Source: Armatimonadota bacterium (GTDB taxonomy: Bacteria > Armatimonadota > Armatimonadia > Armatimonadales > Armatimonadaceae). Taken from it: a stretch of DNA of 19,793 nt. Made by a program: the position numbers and the translations under genes. Each line of letters opens with the position of its first letter. Position 1 is the first letter of the stretch. The DNA lies in contig JAYUUO010000004.1 of assembly GCA_043754515.1 (NCBI GenBank), positions 1 to 19,793 of the forward strand, written 5' to 3'. The notes under the pieces were generated by a model. It saw nothing but the letters and a program-made list of their open reading frames with translations, was not told the origin of the DNA and did no database searches. This document shows positions 8,141 through 18,176 of this stretch, in pieces.

Positions 8141-10030
8141 ATGCCGATTCGCCCGCGCCTCCTCACTCCCCTGTTTTTGCTCGCCGCCCTATGCGCATGT
8201 AGTCTGCTTCCGACCGTCGATCACCTCCTGTCCTCTGCCCACGCGCGGCAGACTAAAGACGCCTTCACCGGCCATGTCGTCGCGGTCACGGCGGGCGACG
8301 CGCTGGACGTTCGGGTAGGGGGTGGATGGACGGTGACAGTGCGTTTTCACGGGGTCGAGTCGCCTTCCACCCCGCGAGCCCTCCGCGAGGCGGTCACCCG
8401 GTACACATCGCGACTCGTTTTAGACACCGACGTGCGGGTCGAGGTACGGGGAACGGCGTCGCGCTCCGTCGTCTATGGCGAGGTGTACCGGGTGACCGGG
8501 GGGGACAGCATCAACCGGGTTCTGGCTCGCGAGGGCCTGGCACGCTGGGCGGGCACTTATGCCGCGAGCCGGACCGACCTGCGCGACGCCGAGGCGGGCG
8601 CGAAGCGCGCCCGGCGTGGACTCTGGGGCGCGGACGACGGCTCGAATATCGTCCTCCCGCCCGCCGCGAGTGAAACTTCCGGCCGCCCTCTGGTTAAGCC
8701 CGCGCCCGCCATGACGAAATCGGCGTCCAGGCAACGCGTGGCCGCGAAGCCTCTCACCAAGCGGGACGGTTCGCGGGCGGCTACCACATCTCCCGTAACC
8801 CCGTCGAGTCACCCGGCTCCGGGTACCATACCCGCCGCGCTGCCTCCATTCTTCCTACCAGGCGGCGTCGCCTGCTTTTTCCTCGCCCTGACGTGGCTGG
8901 CGGTGTACGGCGTCCTGCGCGGGCTGGCGTTCGGCGCGAAACGGCTCGTGTGTCAGATACTGCTCGCGCTGATCGCGGGTGTGGGCAGCGGGTTAGCGTC
9001 CGCGCTTCCGGTCGCCGCGCTCCCGGCGGCGTTCGCGGGCGGCGCGATCCCTGTGATGGTCCCGCTCGCTCTGGCTTTGCCCCTGCTGTCGGTGTTTCTG
9101 GTATGCGCCGGGATGTCCGGGGTGGGGACGATAACGAGGCTTCGTCGGGCGGCGATGGACCCGCGCCGCGCCGAACCCGGCTTCGTGAAACTGCACGGCG
9201 TCGCCCGCACCGCGACCGGAGAAGTCGCCTGCTCACAAATAGGCGACATCCCCGGCTTGTACGTGCGCGAGGTTTCGGCGCGGTACACTTCCGAAGTCAC
9301 GAACGGCAGGCGGTTGTCGTCGCCGCGCTGGGTTCCGGTCCGGGAGCGGGCGGGCGCGGTGGACTTCACGATCTTCTCCGGCTCCGGCGACGGCACCGGC
9401 ACCGCGCTGGTACTCGCCGAGCAGGATGAGGAGGCACCCGAATCCCTCGCGCCGGGCCGCTGGCTCCCGTACCACGTCGCGCGGTTCTACAACGAAGTGC
9501 CAACGGACGCCTGGTATGAAACTGCCTACGAAGGCGACACGCGCACGGAGGTGTTTTTCGTTCCGAACGGCGCGACGCTCACGGTGTGGGGCGATCTGTA
9601 CCCACCCGCCGCCGACGCCCGCGCGGCGAAAGACAAGTTGCCGACGCCGCGTGTCGCCGCTGATGTGGTGACGGGAAAGGTGCTGATCTGTGACGGGCCG
9701 GAGGCACGCGCGTACGCCGGACGCGTCCCACGGTCCCTACCGTTCCAGATAAGCGTGCTACTGATTGGCGTCGCGTGCGGCGGGATCGCGGCGGGGCTAG
9801 CGGTTCGCGGCGGCATGCTCGCGCGGGAGTGCGTGACCGCCGCGCTCGGGGCCGCGCTACTCGCGCTCCTGTTCGTCGCGATACGGCGCGGCGCGGTGCT
9901 GGCGCTTGGGATGGAAGCCGAGGCGACGACCGGCGAATCGGACCCGCTCCGGCGTCCGGCGCACGCGGCGTGGAGCGGGTTCGCGGGCGGGTTCCCCGGC
10001 GTGGTGATCGCGCCCGCCGTCGGCGACTGA
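8141..10030 (+). CDS. secreted/membrane protein: thermonuclease (SNase)-fold domain + low-complexity linker + TM helices + GIDE-like domain + TM helices
   Basis: Start reassigned to ATG 8141 (629 aa); signal-peptide-like N-terminus; SNase pattern VVAVTAGDAL..VRFHGVESP..INRVLAREGLA..AEAGAKRARRGLWG; P/A/K/T-rich linker; 3 hydrophobic segments; GFVKLHGVA..W..DFTI..DGTGTALV (GIDE-like); 2 C-terminal hydrophobic segments. Confidence 0.8.
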   Translation: MPIRPRLLTPLFLLAALCACSLLPTVDHLLSSAHARQTKDAFTGHVVAVTAGDALDVRVGGGWTVTVRFHGVESPSTPRALREAVTRYTSRLVLDTDVRVEVRGTASRSVVYGEVYRVTGGDSINRVLAREGLARWAGTYAASRTDLRDAEAGAKRARRGLWGADDGSNIVLPPAASETSGRPLVKPAPAMTKSASRQRVAAKPLTKRDGSRAATTSPVTPSSHPAPGTIPAALPPFFLPGGVACFFLALTWLAVYGVLRGLAFGAKRLVCQILLALIAGVGSGLASALPVAALPAAFAGGAIPVMVPLALALPLLSVFLVCAGMSGVGTITRLRRAAMDPRRAEPGFVKLHGVARTATGEVACSQIGDIPGLYVREVSARYTSEVTNGRRLSSPRWVPVRERAGAVDFTIFSGSGDGTGTALVLAEQDEEAPESLAPGRWLPYHVARFYNEVPTDAWYETAYEGDTRTEVFFVPNGATLTVWGDLYPPAADARAAKDKLPTPRVAADVVTGKVLICDGPEARAYAGRVPRSLPFQISVLLIGVACGGIAAGLAVRGGMLARECVTAALGAALLALLFVAIRRGAVLALGMEAEATTGESDPLRRPAHAAWSGFAGGFPGVVIAPAVGD

Positions 10031-10195
10031 GACGCCCCCCCCGAAATGCGGCTACCGGGGAGGCGATGGCACGACGGCGAAGGTCGGGTGGATGCAGTCA
10101 TTGCCGATGCCCTGGATATTGTAGCCCACCGCTTCGGGGCGGTACCACTTCACGTGGGTACCGTATTTCGGCGGGCAAGACAACGACGGGCGCGA

Positions 10196-11164
10196 TCAGC
10201 GTCCGCCTTCCCGCCACCGCACACACAACTCCCGCGCCGCCGCGTCCCAGTCGGGGTACGCGAATGTGAATCCGCTCTCCAGGAGGCGCGCCGGCACCAC
10301 GCGCCGACTTTTAAGGATCAGTTCCGACTCCGTGCCGAGCACCGCCGCGCCGATTTCCAGCATCCAGTCGGTCGCGGGCAGGCCGATTGGCGTCCCCCAC
10401 GCCGCGCGGAGCGTTCGCATGAACCCGGCGTTCGGGACGGGGTTCGGCGATGCCAGATTGACCGCGCCGCTTATCTCTTCGTGCCCGATCAGGAACAGGA
10501 CCGACTGAACAAAGTCGGACTCGTGAATCCAGGAGACGTACTGCCGCCCGTTACCGGAAGTGCCGCCCAGGCCGTGCCGTACCAGCGCGAGCAGGGTGTC
10601 GAAAATCCCGCCTTTATCCGGCGACATGATTACCGCCGAGCGCAACGCCACCTTGCGCGTTCGCGGCGTGTCGGCCTCGTTGAGCGCGGCCTCCCACTCT
10701 TTCGCGACCTTGATGCTGAACCGCCAGGTGTCGGGCGCGTCCGGCTCGCTCCCGCCGAGGACGCCAGAAGCCTCGTCGTTCGGCGCATCGTAGCGGTGCG
10801 CGTAGATCGTCGCCGTGCTCATCTGAAGCCACACCAGGGGCGGGTTCTTCGCATGCGCGATCGCCTCGCCGACGAGCCGGGTCGAGTCCACGCGCGAGCG
10901 CAGGATCGCCTCGCGGTTCGCGGGCGTGTAGCGACAGTTCACGCTCCGCCCGGCGAGATTCAGCACCACATCCGCCCCGTCAATCTCAGCCGTCCAGCCA
11001 CCGAGCGTCGCCGCGTCCCATGAAATGACACGCCACGGCGATCCGACCGGAGCCGGTTGCCGCGAGAGTACCGTGATGGCGTGCCCCGCCGCCTGTAAAG
11101 CCCGCGCAATGAGAGTGCCAACCTGCCCGCTCCCGCCGGGGATGACGATTCGTTTTTGTTCCAT
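10196..11164 (-). CDS. TIGR01777 family NAD-dependent epimerase/oxidoreductase (YfcH-like, C-terminal DUF1731)
   Basis: IVIPGGSGQVG, VLNLAGRSV, SRVDST, GNGRQYVSWIH, GAVNLASPNPV, SRRVVPARLLESGFTF; start placed at ATG 11164 (322 aa). Confidence 0.92.
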   Translation of the reverse strand: MEQKRIVIPGGSGQVGTLIARALQAAGHAITVLSRQPAPVGSPWRVISWDAATLGGWTAEIDGADVVLNLAGRSVNCRYTPANREAILRSRVDSTRLVGEAIAHAKNPPLVWLQMSTATIYAHRYDAPNDEASGVLGGSEPDAPDTWRFSIKVAKEWEAALNEADTPRTRKVALRSAVIMSPDKGGIFDTLLALVRHGLGGTSGNGRQYVSWIHESDFVQSVLFLIGHEEISGAVNLASPNPVPNAGFMRTLRAAWGTPIGLPATDWMLEIGAAVLGTESELILKSRRVVPARLLESGFTFAYPDWDAAARELCVRWREGGR

Positions 11165-11195
11165 GCTTTTATTATACATGAACGCGTTCATTTAT
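11165..11195 (-). promoter_or_regulatory. leaderless promoter with overlapping palindromic operator candidate
   Basis: Minus-strand TATAAT (11176-11171) lies 6 nt before ATG 11164; perfect 14-bp palindrome ATGAACGCGTTCAT at 11178-11191. Confidence 0.65.
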
Positions 11196-11372
11196 GCGAC
11201 ACAATCTGCCGGTGATTGCGTCATAGATACGTTGCTCATCTCCAATATATTGGCGGCGCGGCGACGGACGGTAAACCGTTCCCAGCCGCACGCCGCCCCC
11301 CCCCGCCGGAGATGTTAACGTCGCTCTTTTTCTGCTATGATAGCCGACCAGCGCGAAGAAGGAGACAGCCCG

Positions 11373-11708
11373 GTGGCTACCATAACTCAGGACGCGGAGA
11401 CCGCCGGGAAGGTGTTGTGCGAACATGCCCGGTTTTATGCCACTCCGAAAAAGTTTCGCACGCTGACCGCTTTCGACCGTGAGCGCGGCCTGTTCCTGCT
11501 CCTCAATGAAGGCTGAGACGGGTACAGGCAGGTACACAACGCCTGGGTGGACGTCGAATTGCGCGACGGAAAGGTCTACATTCAGGAGGACATGACGCAG
11601 GACAGGATCGCGGGTGATCTGCTCGCGGCGGGCATCCCGGCGTCGCGCATCGTGCTCGCCTTCAAGCACTCGTCCCTGCGCCCGTACACCGACTTCGCCC
11701 CCGCGTGA
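11373..11708 (+). pseudogene. xisI: XisI family protein with in-frame nonsense codon
   Basis: GTG 11373 after SD AAGGAG and TGcTATGAT; translation ..FDRERGLFLLLNEG*DGYRQVH..VELRDGKVYIQEDMTQDRIAGDLLAAGIPASRIVLAFKHSSLRPYTDFAPA; TGA 11514-11516 sits at the Trp of the XisI GW motif; 112 codons. Confidence 0.85.
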
Positions 11709-11718
11709 GTGACGTCGG

Positions 11719-12876
11719 CTACCACTCCGCGACCGACCCGTCCGCGTTCCGCCACACGGGGTTGCGCCACCGGTGCCCGACCACCGCCGCTTCGCGTACC
11801 GCGTTTTCGTTCATCTCGATACCGAGTCCGGGCGCGGTCAACAGCGGGACGTAGCCGTCCGCGTACCGGAACACGGATGGGTCGGACAGGTAGTCGAGCA
11901 GGTCGGAACCAGCGTTGTAGTGGATGCCGAGGCTTTGCTCCTGAATAAACGCGTTCGGCGTGCAGAAGTCGAGTTGCAGACACGCCGCGAGCGCGATGGG
12001 TCCGAGCGGGCAGTGCGGCGCGATGGCGACGTCGTACGCCTCCGCCATCGCCGCTATCTTGCGACACTCCCAGATGCCGCCCGCGTGCGACAGGTCCGGT
12101 TGCAGAATATCCGCCGCGCCGCTCTGGAGCAGGGCTTTGAAGTCCGTCCGCGAGAACTGCCGCTCACCGGTCGCGATCGGGATGGTAGTCGAGCGGGCGA
12201 GTTCGAGCAGGGCTTCGTTGTTCTCCGCGAGTACCGGCTCCTCGATAAACAGCGGGTGGAACGGCTCCAACACGCGCGCCAGTTGCTTCATCATCGGCTT
12301 GTGAACCCGCCCGTGGAAATCAACCGCGATCCCGAAATCCACGCCGCACGCCTCGCGCACCGCCGCGATCCGCGCGCCCGCCCCGGCCAGTTTAGAGTGC
12401 GAGTCTACCCAGTCCAGTGCACCGGTCGCGTTCATTTTTATCGCCGTGTAGCCCGCCGCCTGTCGCGCGAGAGCCTCGGTCGCGACTTCCACCGGGTCGT
12501 CTCCCCCGATCCACGCGTAGACTTTGACCCGATCCCGGACCGCGCCGCCGAGCAGTTCGTACACGGGGACGCCGAGCGACTTGCCTTTGATGTCCCACAA
12601 CGCCTGCTCGATCCCGGCGATGGCGGACTGCAACACCGCGCCGCCCCGATAAAAGCCGCCCCGGTAGAGGGTCTGATACAGATCCTCGATCCGGTTCGCC
12701 GACTTGCCGATCAGGAAGTCGGCCATCTCGTGGACACAGGCGCGAACCGTGTCCGCCTTGCCCTCGACCACCGGCTCGCCCCAGCCGACGACACCTGTGT
12801 CGGTCTCGACGCGCAGGAAGAGCCAGCGCGGCGGGACGAGAAACGTTTCGAGTCGGGCGATGGTGTTCGGGGTCAT
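11719..12876 (-). CDS. dgoD: D-galactonate dehydratase
   Basis: Start reassigned to ATG 12876 (385 aa); VPPRWLFL, GWGEPVVEG, FYRGG, KMN, DFHGR, FIEEP, TGER, QPDLSHAGGI, APHCPLGP, IQEQSLGIHYN, WRNPVWR..GSVAEW. Confidence 0.93.
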   Translation of the reverse strand: MTPNTIARLETFLVPPRWLFLRVETDTGVVGWGEPVVEGKADTVRACVHEMADFLIGKSANRIEDLYQTLYRGGFYRGGAVLQSAIAGIEQALWDIKGKSLGVPVYELLGGAVRDRVKVYAWIGGDDPVEVATEALARQAAGYTAIKMNATGALDWVDSHSKLAGAGARIAAVREACGVDFGIAVDFHGRVHKPMMKQLARVLEPFHPLFIEEPVLAENNEALLELARSTTIPIATGERQFSRTDFKALLQSGAADILQPDLSHAGGIWECRKIAAMAEAYDVAIAPHCPLGPIALAACLQLDFCTPNAFIQEQSLGIHYNAGSDLLDYLSDPSVFRYADGYVPLLTAPGLGIEMNENAVREAAVVGHRWRNPVWRNADGSVAEW

Positions 12877-13031
12877 GGGGTCAAGTTCGTCACCAAGCGG
12901 CGGTGTTCCTGTCTGAACACCGTGTTTTTCCACCGGGGACTGTTGTATCGTTGCTGGCCGAATAATAGGTGTATGTTCGCGGGCATGGCGGTGCGGGCGT
13001 TGAGCCATTCCGGCGGCGCGGTCGGGGAGGC

Positions 13032-13260
13032 GTTCCGGTCTGCCTGTAGTTTTTGAACCGCGAGCAGTCACCCCCCAACGAGACGCTGTTTCTGGACGCC
13101 CGCAAATCCGGCCGCATGAGAAGCCGGGTGTCGCGGGTACCCGGCGACGCGGACAACCAGCAGGTCGCCAGTACGTACTACCCGTGGCAAAGCGGTATGG
13201 CTGCGCGGATGTGTCGGTTGCTGTATACCCAGTACCCTGGCTTCGCACAATTACCACGTC
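13032..13260 (+). pseudogene. remnant of the C-terminal part of a type I restriction-modification methyltransferase (HsdM)
   Basis: VPVCL*FLNRE..ETLFLDARKSGRMRSRVSR..DNQQVASTYYPWQ..YPGF resembles the HsdM pattern IPxCLWFL..ETLFIDARxLG..DI..IAxTYHxW..PGF; TAG 13047-13049 at the Trp position; no N-terminal part or hsdS/hsdR nearby. Confidence 0.7.
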
Positions 13261-13571
13261 CCAGTACCCACCCATCGTCTCCGTGAACGCGGCGAAAACG
13301 TCGGCGGGCGCGGCATGAGCAACGGTCACCCAGTCCGAGGGGGCGCGTTGTCAGGTCAGTCCAGGGGCACATTCGTGGATCGGCGGACGGGGCGGGGTGC
13401 GAGGACGGGTTATACCATGGCGTACCAACGCCACGCCTTTCCGCGGCCTCGTTCCTTCAATTGCTTCCGAGGGGGTATCCGCGAGTCGCGCGTTCGCGCC
13501 CGCGTCGCCGCTCTCGCCGCGTTCCCGCTCCCGGTTGTCGCGATCCCGCCCAGAAAGTTGGCCCGGCGTAG

Positions 13572-14999
<1,428 letters not shown>

Positions 15000-15016
15000 C
15001 GTCTTGCGACGAATGC

Positions 15017-15056
15017 AAACGCGCCGCCGGGACTCGGCGGCGCGTTTTTTCGTTTT
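15017..15056 (+). terminator. intrinsic terminator after eno
   Basis: Stem AAACGCGCCGCCG, loop GGACT, CGGCGGCGCGTTT, followed by TTTCGTTTT. Confidence 0.85.
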
Positions 15057-15108
15057 GGCTGACGGGAGGAGAGAGGTGTTATGGTGGGCGGGTTCGGCGG
15101 GGGGCGAT

Positions 15109-17115
15109 TCATTGTCCGCTCCCGCCGGAACACCCAACGACACCCACACCCAATAGCCGCCGGACCCGCGAACGCTCCCGAACCTGCTCGTGGTACAACG
15201 CCTGCTCCCGCGCCGGTAGCGCGGCGACCCCCGACACGTGCTTCGGTCGCGTCGGTAAGCCCGCCCTCAGTCTCGCCACGACTCCGGGGTCTATAACGCG
15301 CGGCTCGGGGAACGGAAGTGCCGCCATCCGCGCCGCGTCGAAGCGGTACAGTCGAGGCTTGCTCGCCACCGTCGCGTCGAGGAACCAAACCTGACGGCCC
15401 GCGAAATAACGGATCAGCCCGGCGTTCTCGGCAGGCGACAGATAGCGCGCCCAGACGACGCGCTGGCTGGCCAGATCCGAGCCGTTGTAGACCCACTCCG
15501 CCGATGTCTTCACATTCGTCGCGCCGTAGTACACCAGTACCAGATGCTCGCCAGGCACCTGGTCCAGAGCGGCACGTACCGGACGGCGATCCTGTATCGT
15601 CCATTGCCACTCCTCCCCGCCGAAAAAGCCGATGCAGGAGATTGTTGACAGCACGTATAGCAACACGAACGCCCGCGATATGGCGAGTCCAAGGCGGCGG
15701 TTGGTGCCCGATTCGCGGCGCAAGGCGCGGGTGTATCGCCAGGCCATCGCCCAGACGGTCAGCTCGAACCCGCCCACCGGTGCCCCGTAATGCGGGTTGA
15801 TGAACGTCCCGAAAGAGATCACGAACACGAACCCCGCCAGTCCCAGGGCCGCGTACCGGGCGACACGGTTACCCCGTAGCGCGAGATACAGTCCCGGCAC
15901 CAGTAGTAGCGCGGGGACGAATTTCCAGGGGTCCGTCAGCGGGTGCGCCCGCTCCGGCGTGTCGAGCCAATAGACCGACGGGTCGAAGCACTGGAATGCC
16001 GAACGGACGAGCGTGTCCGTCTTGTCGCCGATCCCGCGCCATATATTAATCGCGGCGTTTCGCTCGCCCCAGTAGCCGTAAACGCACGTATACGCATTGA
16101 TGAAGCGCATCGAGTCGTGCCGCAACGTGGGCGGGACGGGCTTGATCCGCTGGAACAGGAACAGCGGCACGACGCCGTACGTGTCCTCATGAACGGCATA
16201 CGGCATACGGAGCGGGTTCCCAGTCACCCGGCTGTTGTAGTAACACATCAGCGCAGCAGTGACGCCGAGCACCATGCCCGCCGGGAGCAGAACGCGGCGG
16301 AGCCAGACTCCAGAGTCGGTACGCAGCCCATGCCAGAGAACCGGCATCACGGGGAGCAGGGCAAGCGACGCGGCGACAAGCCCCTCGAACGGCCGGCAGT
16401 TGGCGAGGATGGCGAGCGCGAGGGACAGCGAGTACGGGGCCGACCGCGACACGGCCCCGGCCCGTGCCCCGCGCCGTATAGCGACAAGCCGCCCCACCGC
16501 GCCGACGAGTAGCAATCCGGCGACGAGCGACAGGTTCCCGCCCCAGAATGACTGCGTCCATTTAAGCACCGCCGGGTGCATCGCGGCGAGCACGCCGCCG
16601 AGCACGGCGAACCGGCGCGGCATCAACGGCGACAGCGCGTAGAACGCCCCCGCGCAGACCAGCCCGGCCACTATCCAAAGCCCGATCGCGGGATTGCCGC
16701 CGATCACGATGCCGAGCGCGAGCACCAGCCCCTGCCCCGGCGGGTACTTGCTCATGTAGGAGGGCGCGACGATGATGTGCAACGCCTCGAAGTGGGCGCG
16801 GATAGCCGCCGGGAGCGCGGGGTTTGTCCAGTGGCCCCGCGCGAACGTGTCGGCGGCAAGCAGGTAGGAAGCCTCGTCGTGGACATGCGGCTCGGGCTGA
16901 CGGACGAACACCCACAACGCCGCCGCGATCCCGAAGCCCCACGTGAACAAGAGGGCGTACAGGAAAGGTGACGGCAGGCGTGAGATGTAGCGGGGCACCG
17001 ATTCCGCCGGCCCGAACAGGCGCACGCGCAGGAACCGTTGCCAGGCGGAGACCGGTAGCAACGTCCCCGCGAGCAGAAGCGGCGCGGCAACAAAAGTTAT
17101 CTCGTGGACGGACAT
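15109..17115 (-). CDS. multi-pass membrane protein, GT-C (ArnT/PMT-like) glycosyltransferase-like
   Basis: 668 aa, about 10 or more hydrophobic segments; HDEASYLLAADTFARG acidic DE motif after the first TM region; SKYPPG; RPFEG; YNSRVTGNPL; C-terminal soluble domain EWVYN.D..VVWAR. Confidence 0.75.
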   Translation of the reverse strand: MSVHEITFVAAPLLLAGTLLPVSAWQRFLRVRLFGPAESVPRYISRLPSPFLYALLFTWGFGIAAALWVFVRQPEPHVHDEASYLLAADTFARGHWTNPALPAAIRAHFEALHIIVAPSYMSKYPPGQGLVLALGIVIGGNPAIGLWIVAGLVCAGAFYALSPLMPRRFAVLGGVLAAMHPAVLKWTQSFWGGNLSLVAGLLLVGAVGRLVAIRRGARAGAVSRSAPYSLSLALAILANCRPFEGLVAASLALLPVMPVLWHGLRTDSGVWLRRVLLPAGMVLGVTAALMCYYNSRVTGNPLRMPYAVHEDTYGVVPLFLFQRIKPVPPTLRHDSMRFINAYTCVYGYWGERNAAINIWRGIGDKTDTLVRSAFQCFDPSVYWLDTPERAHPLTDPWKFVPALLLVPGLYLALRGNRVARYAALGLAGFVFVISFGTFINPHYGAPVGGFELTVWAMAWRYTRALRRESGTNRRLGLAISRAFVLLYVLSTISCIGFFGGEEWQWTIQDRRPVRAALDQVPGEHLVLVYYGATNVKTSAEWVYNGSDLASQRVVWARYLSPAENAGLIRYFAGRQVWFLDATVASKPRLYRFDAARMAALPFPEPRVIDPGVVARLRAGLPTRPKHVSGVAALPAREQALYHEQVRERSRVRRLLGVGVVGCSGGSGQ

Positions 17116-17124
17116 GGGAGGAAG

Positions 17125-18126
17125 TTACAGGCCGCGCTTGATTACTTCCACGGCTTCGCGGTCCATCGCCGACAGGCGCGGGCCGACGCGGGCGACGATT
17201 TGACCGGCGGCGTAGGACGCGATGCGCCCCGTGACCGGGAGCGGCAAATTTTGCGTCAACCCGTAGAGTATCCCGGCGGCGTACATGTCCCCCGCCCCGG
17301 TCGTGTCCACCGCGTGTACTGCGTACACAGGGATATGGACGATCTCCTTGCCGAAGGCGAGAAGCGAGCCATCCTTATCGCTCGTTACTGCCGCGAGGCC
17401 GCCTGTCAGCGCGGCGAGCGCGAGCGCGGCATCCTCGACGTTGTCGGTGTCGGTGATGGCGAGTGCCTCCTCGCGGTTGGCGAACACGACGTCCACGTAT
17501 TCGGACAGCAGTTTCTGGAAGTCGGCCTTGTGCCGCATGACGCAGAACGGGTCGGAGAGCGAGAACGAGACGCGGACATCCCCCGCCCGTTTCGCCGCGC
17601 GCATCGCGTGCAGAACCGCTTCCTTCTGCGTGTCGGTGTCCCAAAGATAGCCGGTGACATACAGGAAGCGCGACGCCCTGATGTCGTCCTCATTCACATC
17701 CGCCGGCTCGAGTTGCCGCGCCAGCCCGAGATACGTCCCCATCGTGCGTTGCGCGTCCGGCGTGATCAGGATCAGGCAGACCCCGGTCTCGCCCGCGTCC
17801 CCCTCGCCCAGGTTCGACTTGACGGACTGCTTCGTCAGCCCGTCGCGGTAGGAACGCCCGTGTTCGTCGGCACCGACGCGCGAGGTGAAAGACGCCGAGC
17901 CACCCAGTTGCGTGACGCCAATCATGGTGTTCGCGCCGGAGCCGCCCGACTCGGTGTTGACGATATGGCGGTACACCTGCGGAACGATGGATTTCTGCTC
18001 GGCGTCGGAGAGGAGGGTCATTCCACCCTTCGCCAGGCCCACCCGCGCGAGTAGCTCCTCACTGACCTCGGCCTGTAAATCAAACAACGCGTTACACATC
18101 CCGAACACGTCAAACCGCTTGCTCAT
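17125..18126 (-). CDS. PfkB/ribokinase family kinase, adenosine kinase-like
   Basis: NALFD, KGGMTL, GGSGANT, VGADEHG, RTMGTYLG, GYLWD, SLSDPFC, FANREEA, VDTTGAGDMYAAG; 333 aa; 9-nt gap to the next gene. Confidence 0.93.
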   Translation of the reverse strand: MSKRFDVFGMCNALFDLQAEVSEELLARVGLAKGGMTLLSDAEQKSIVPQVYRHIVNTESGGSGANTMIGVTQLGGSASFTSRVGADEHGRSYRDGLTKQSVKSNLGEGDAGETGVCLILITPDAQRTMGTYLGLARQLEPADVNEDDIRASRFLYVTGYLWDTDTQKEAVLHAMRAAKRAGDVRVSFSLSDPFCVMRHKADFQKLLSEYVDVVFANREEALAITDTDNVEDAALALAALTGGLAAVTSDKDGSLLAFGKEIVHIPVYAVHAVDTTGAGDMYAAGILYGLTQNLPLPVTGRIASYAAGQIVARVGPRLSAMDREAVEVIKRGL

Positions 18127-18176
18127 GCCCGTATCGTATCATACCAGGCGAAAGCGGTGCGTAATCCTGCTTCGTG

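Noticed and set aside
11178..11191. LexA (GAAC-N4-GTTC) box
   Set aside because: Spacing here is GAAC-N2-GTTC, which does not fit the Gram-positive-type SOS box
2050..11516. Alternative genetic code (TGA=Trp) or selenocysteine suggested by in-frame TGAs at 2050 and 11514
   Set aside because: Several intact genes end at TGA at the expected family C-terminus (ATPase, SDR, PhoU, epimerase), TGG is used for Trp throughout, other lesions are TAA, TAG or frameshifts, and the XisI position is a Trp rather than a Cys site
12877..13329. 151-aa N-terminal extension of DgoD in the ORF track
   Set aside because: Family similarity starts at MTPNTIARLETF (12876); the extension overlaps the HsdM remnant on the opposite strand and is mostly not protein-like
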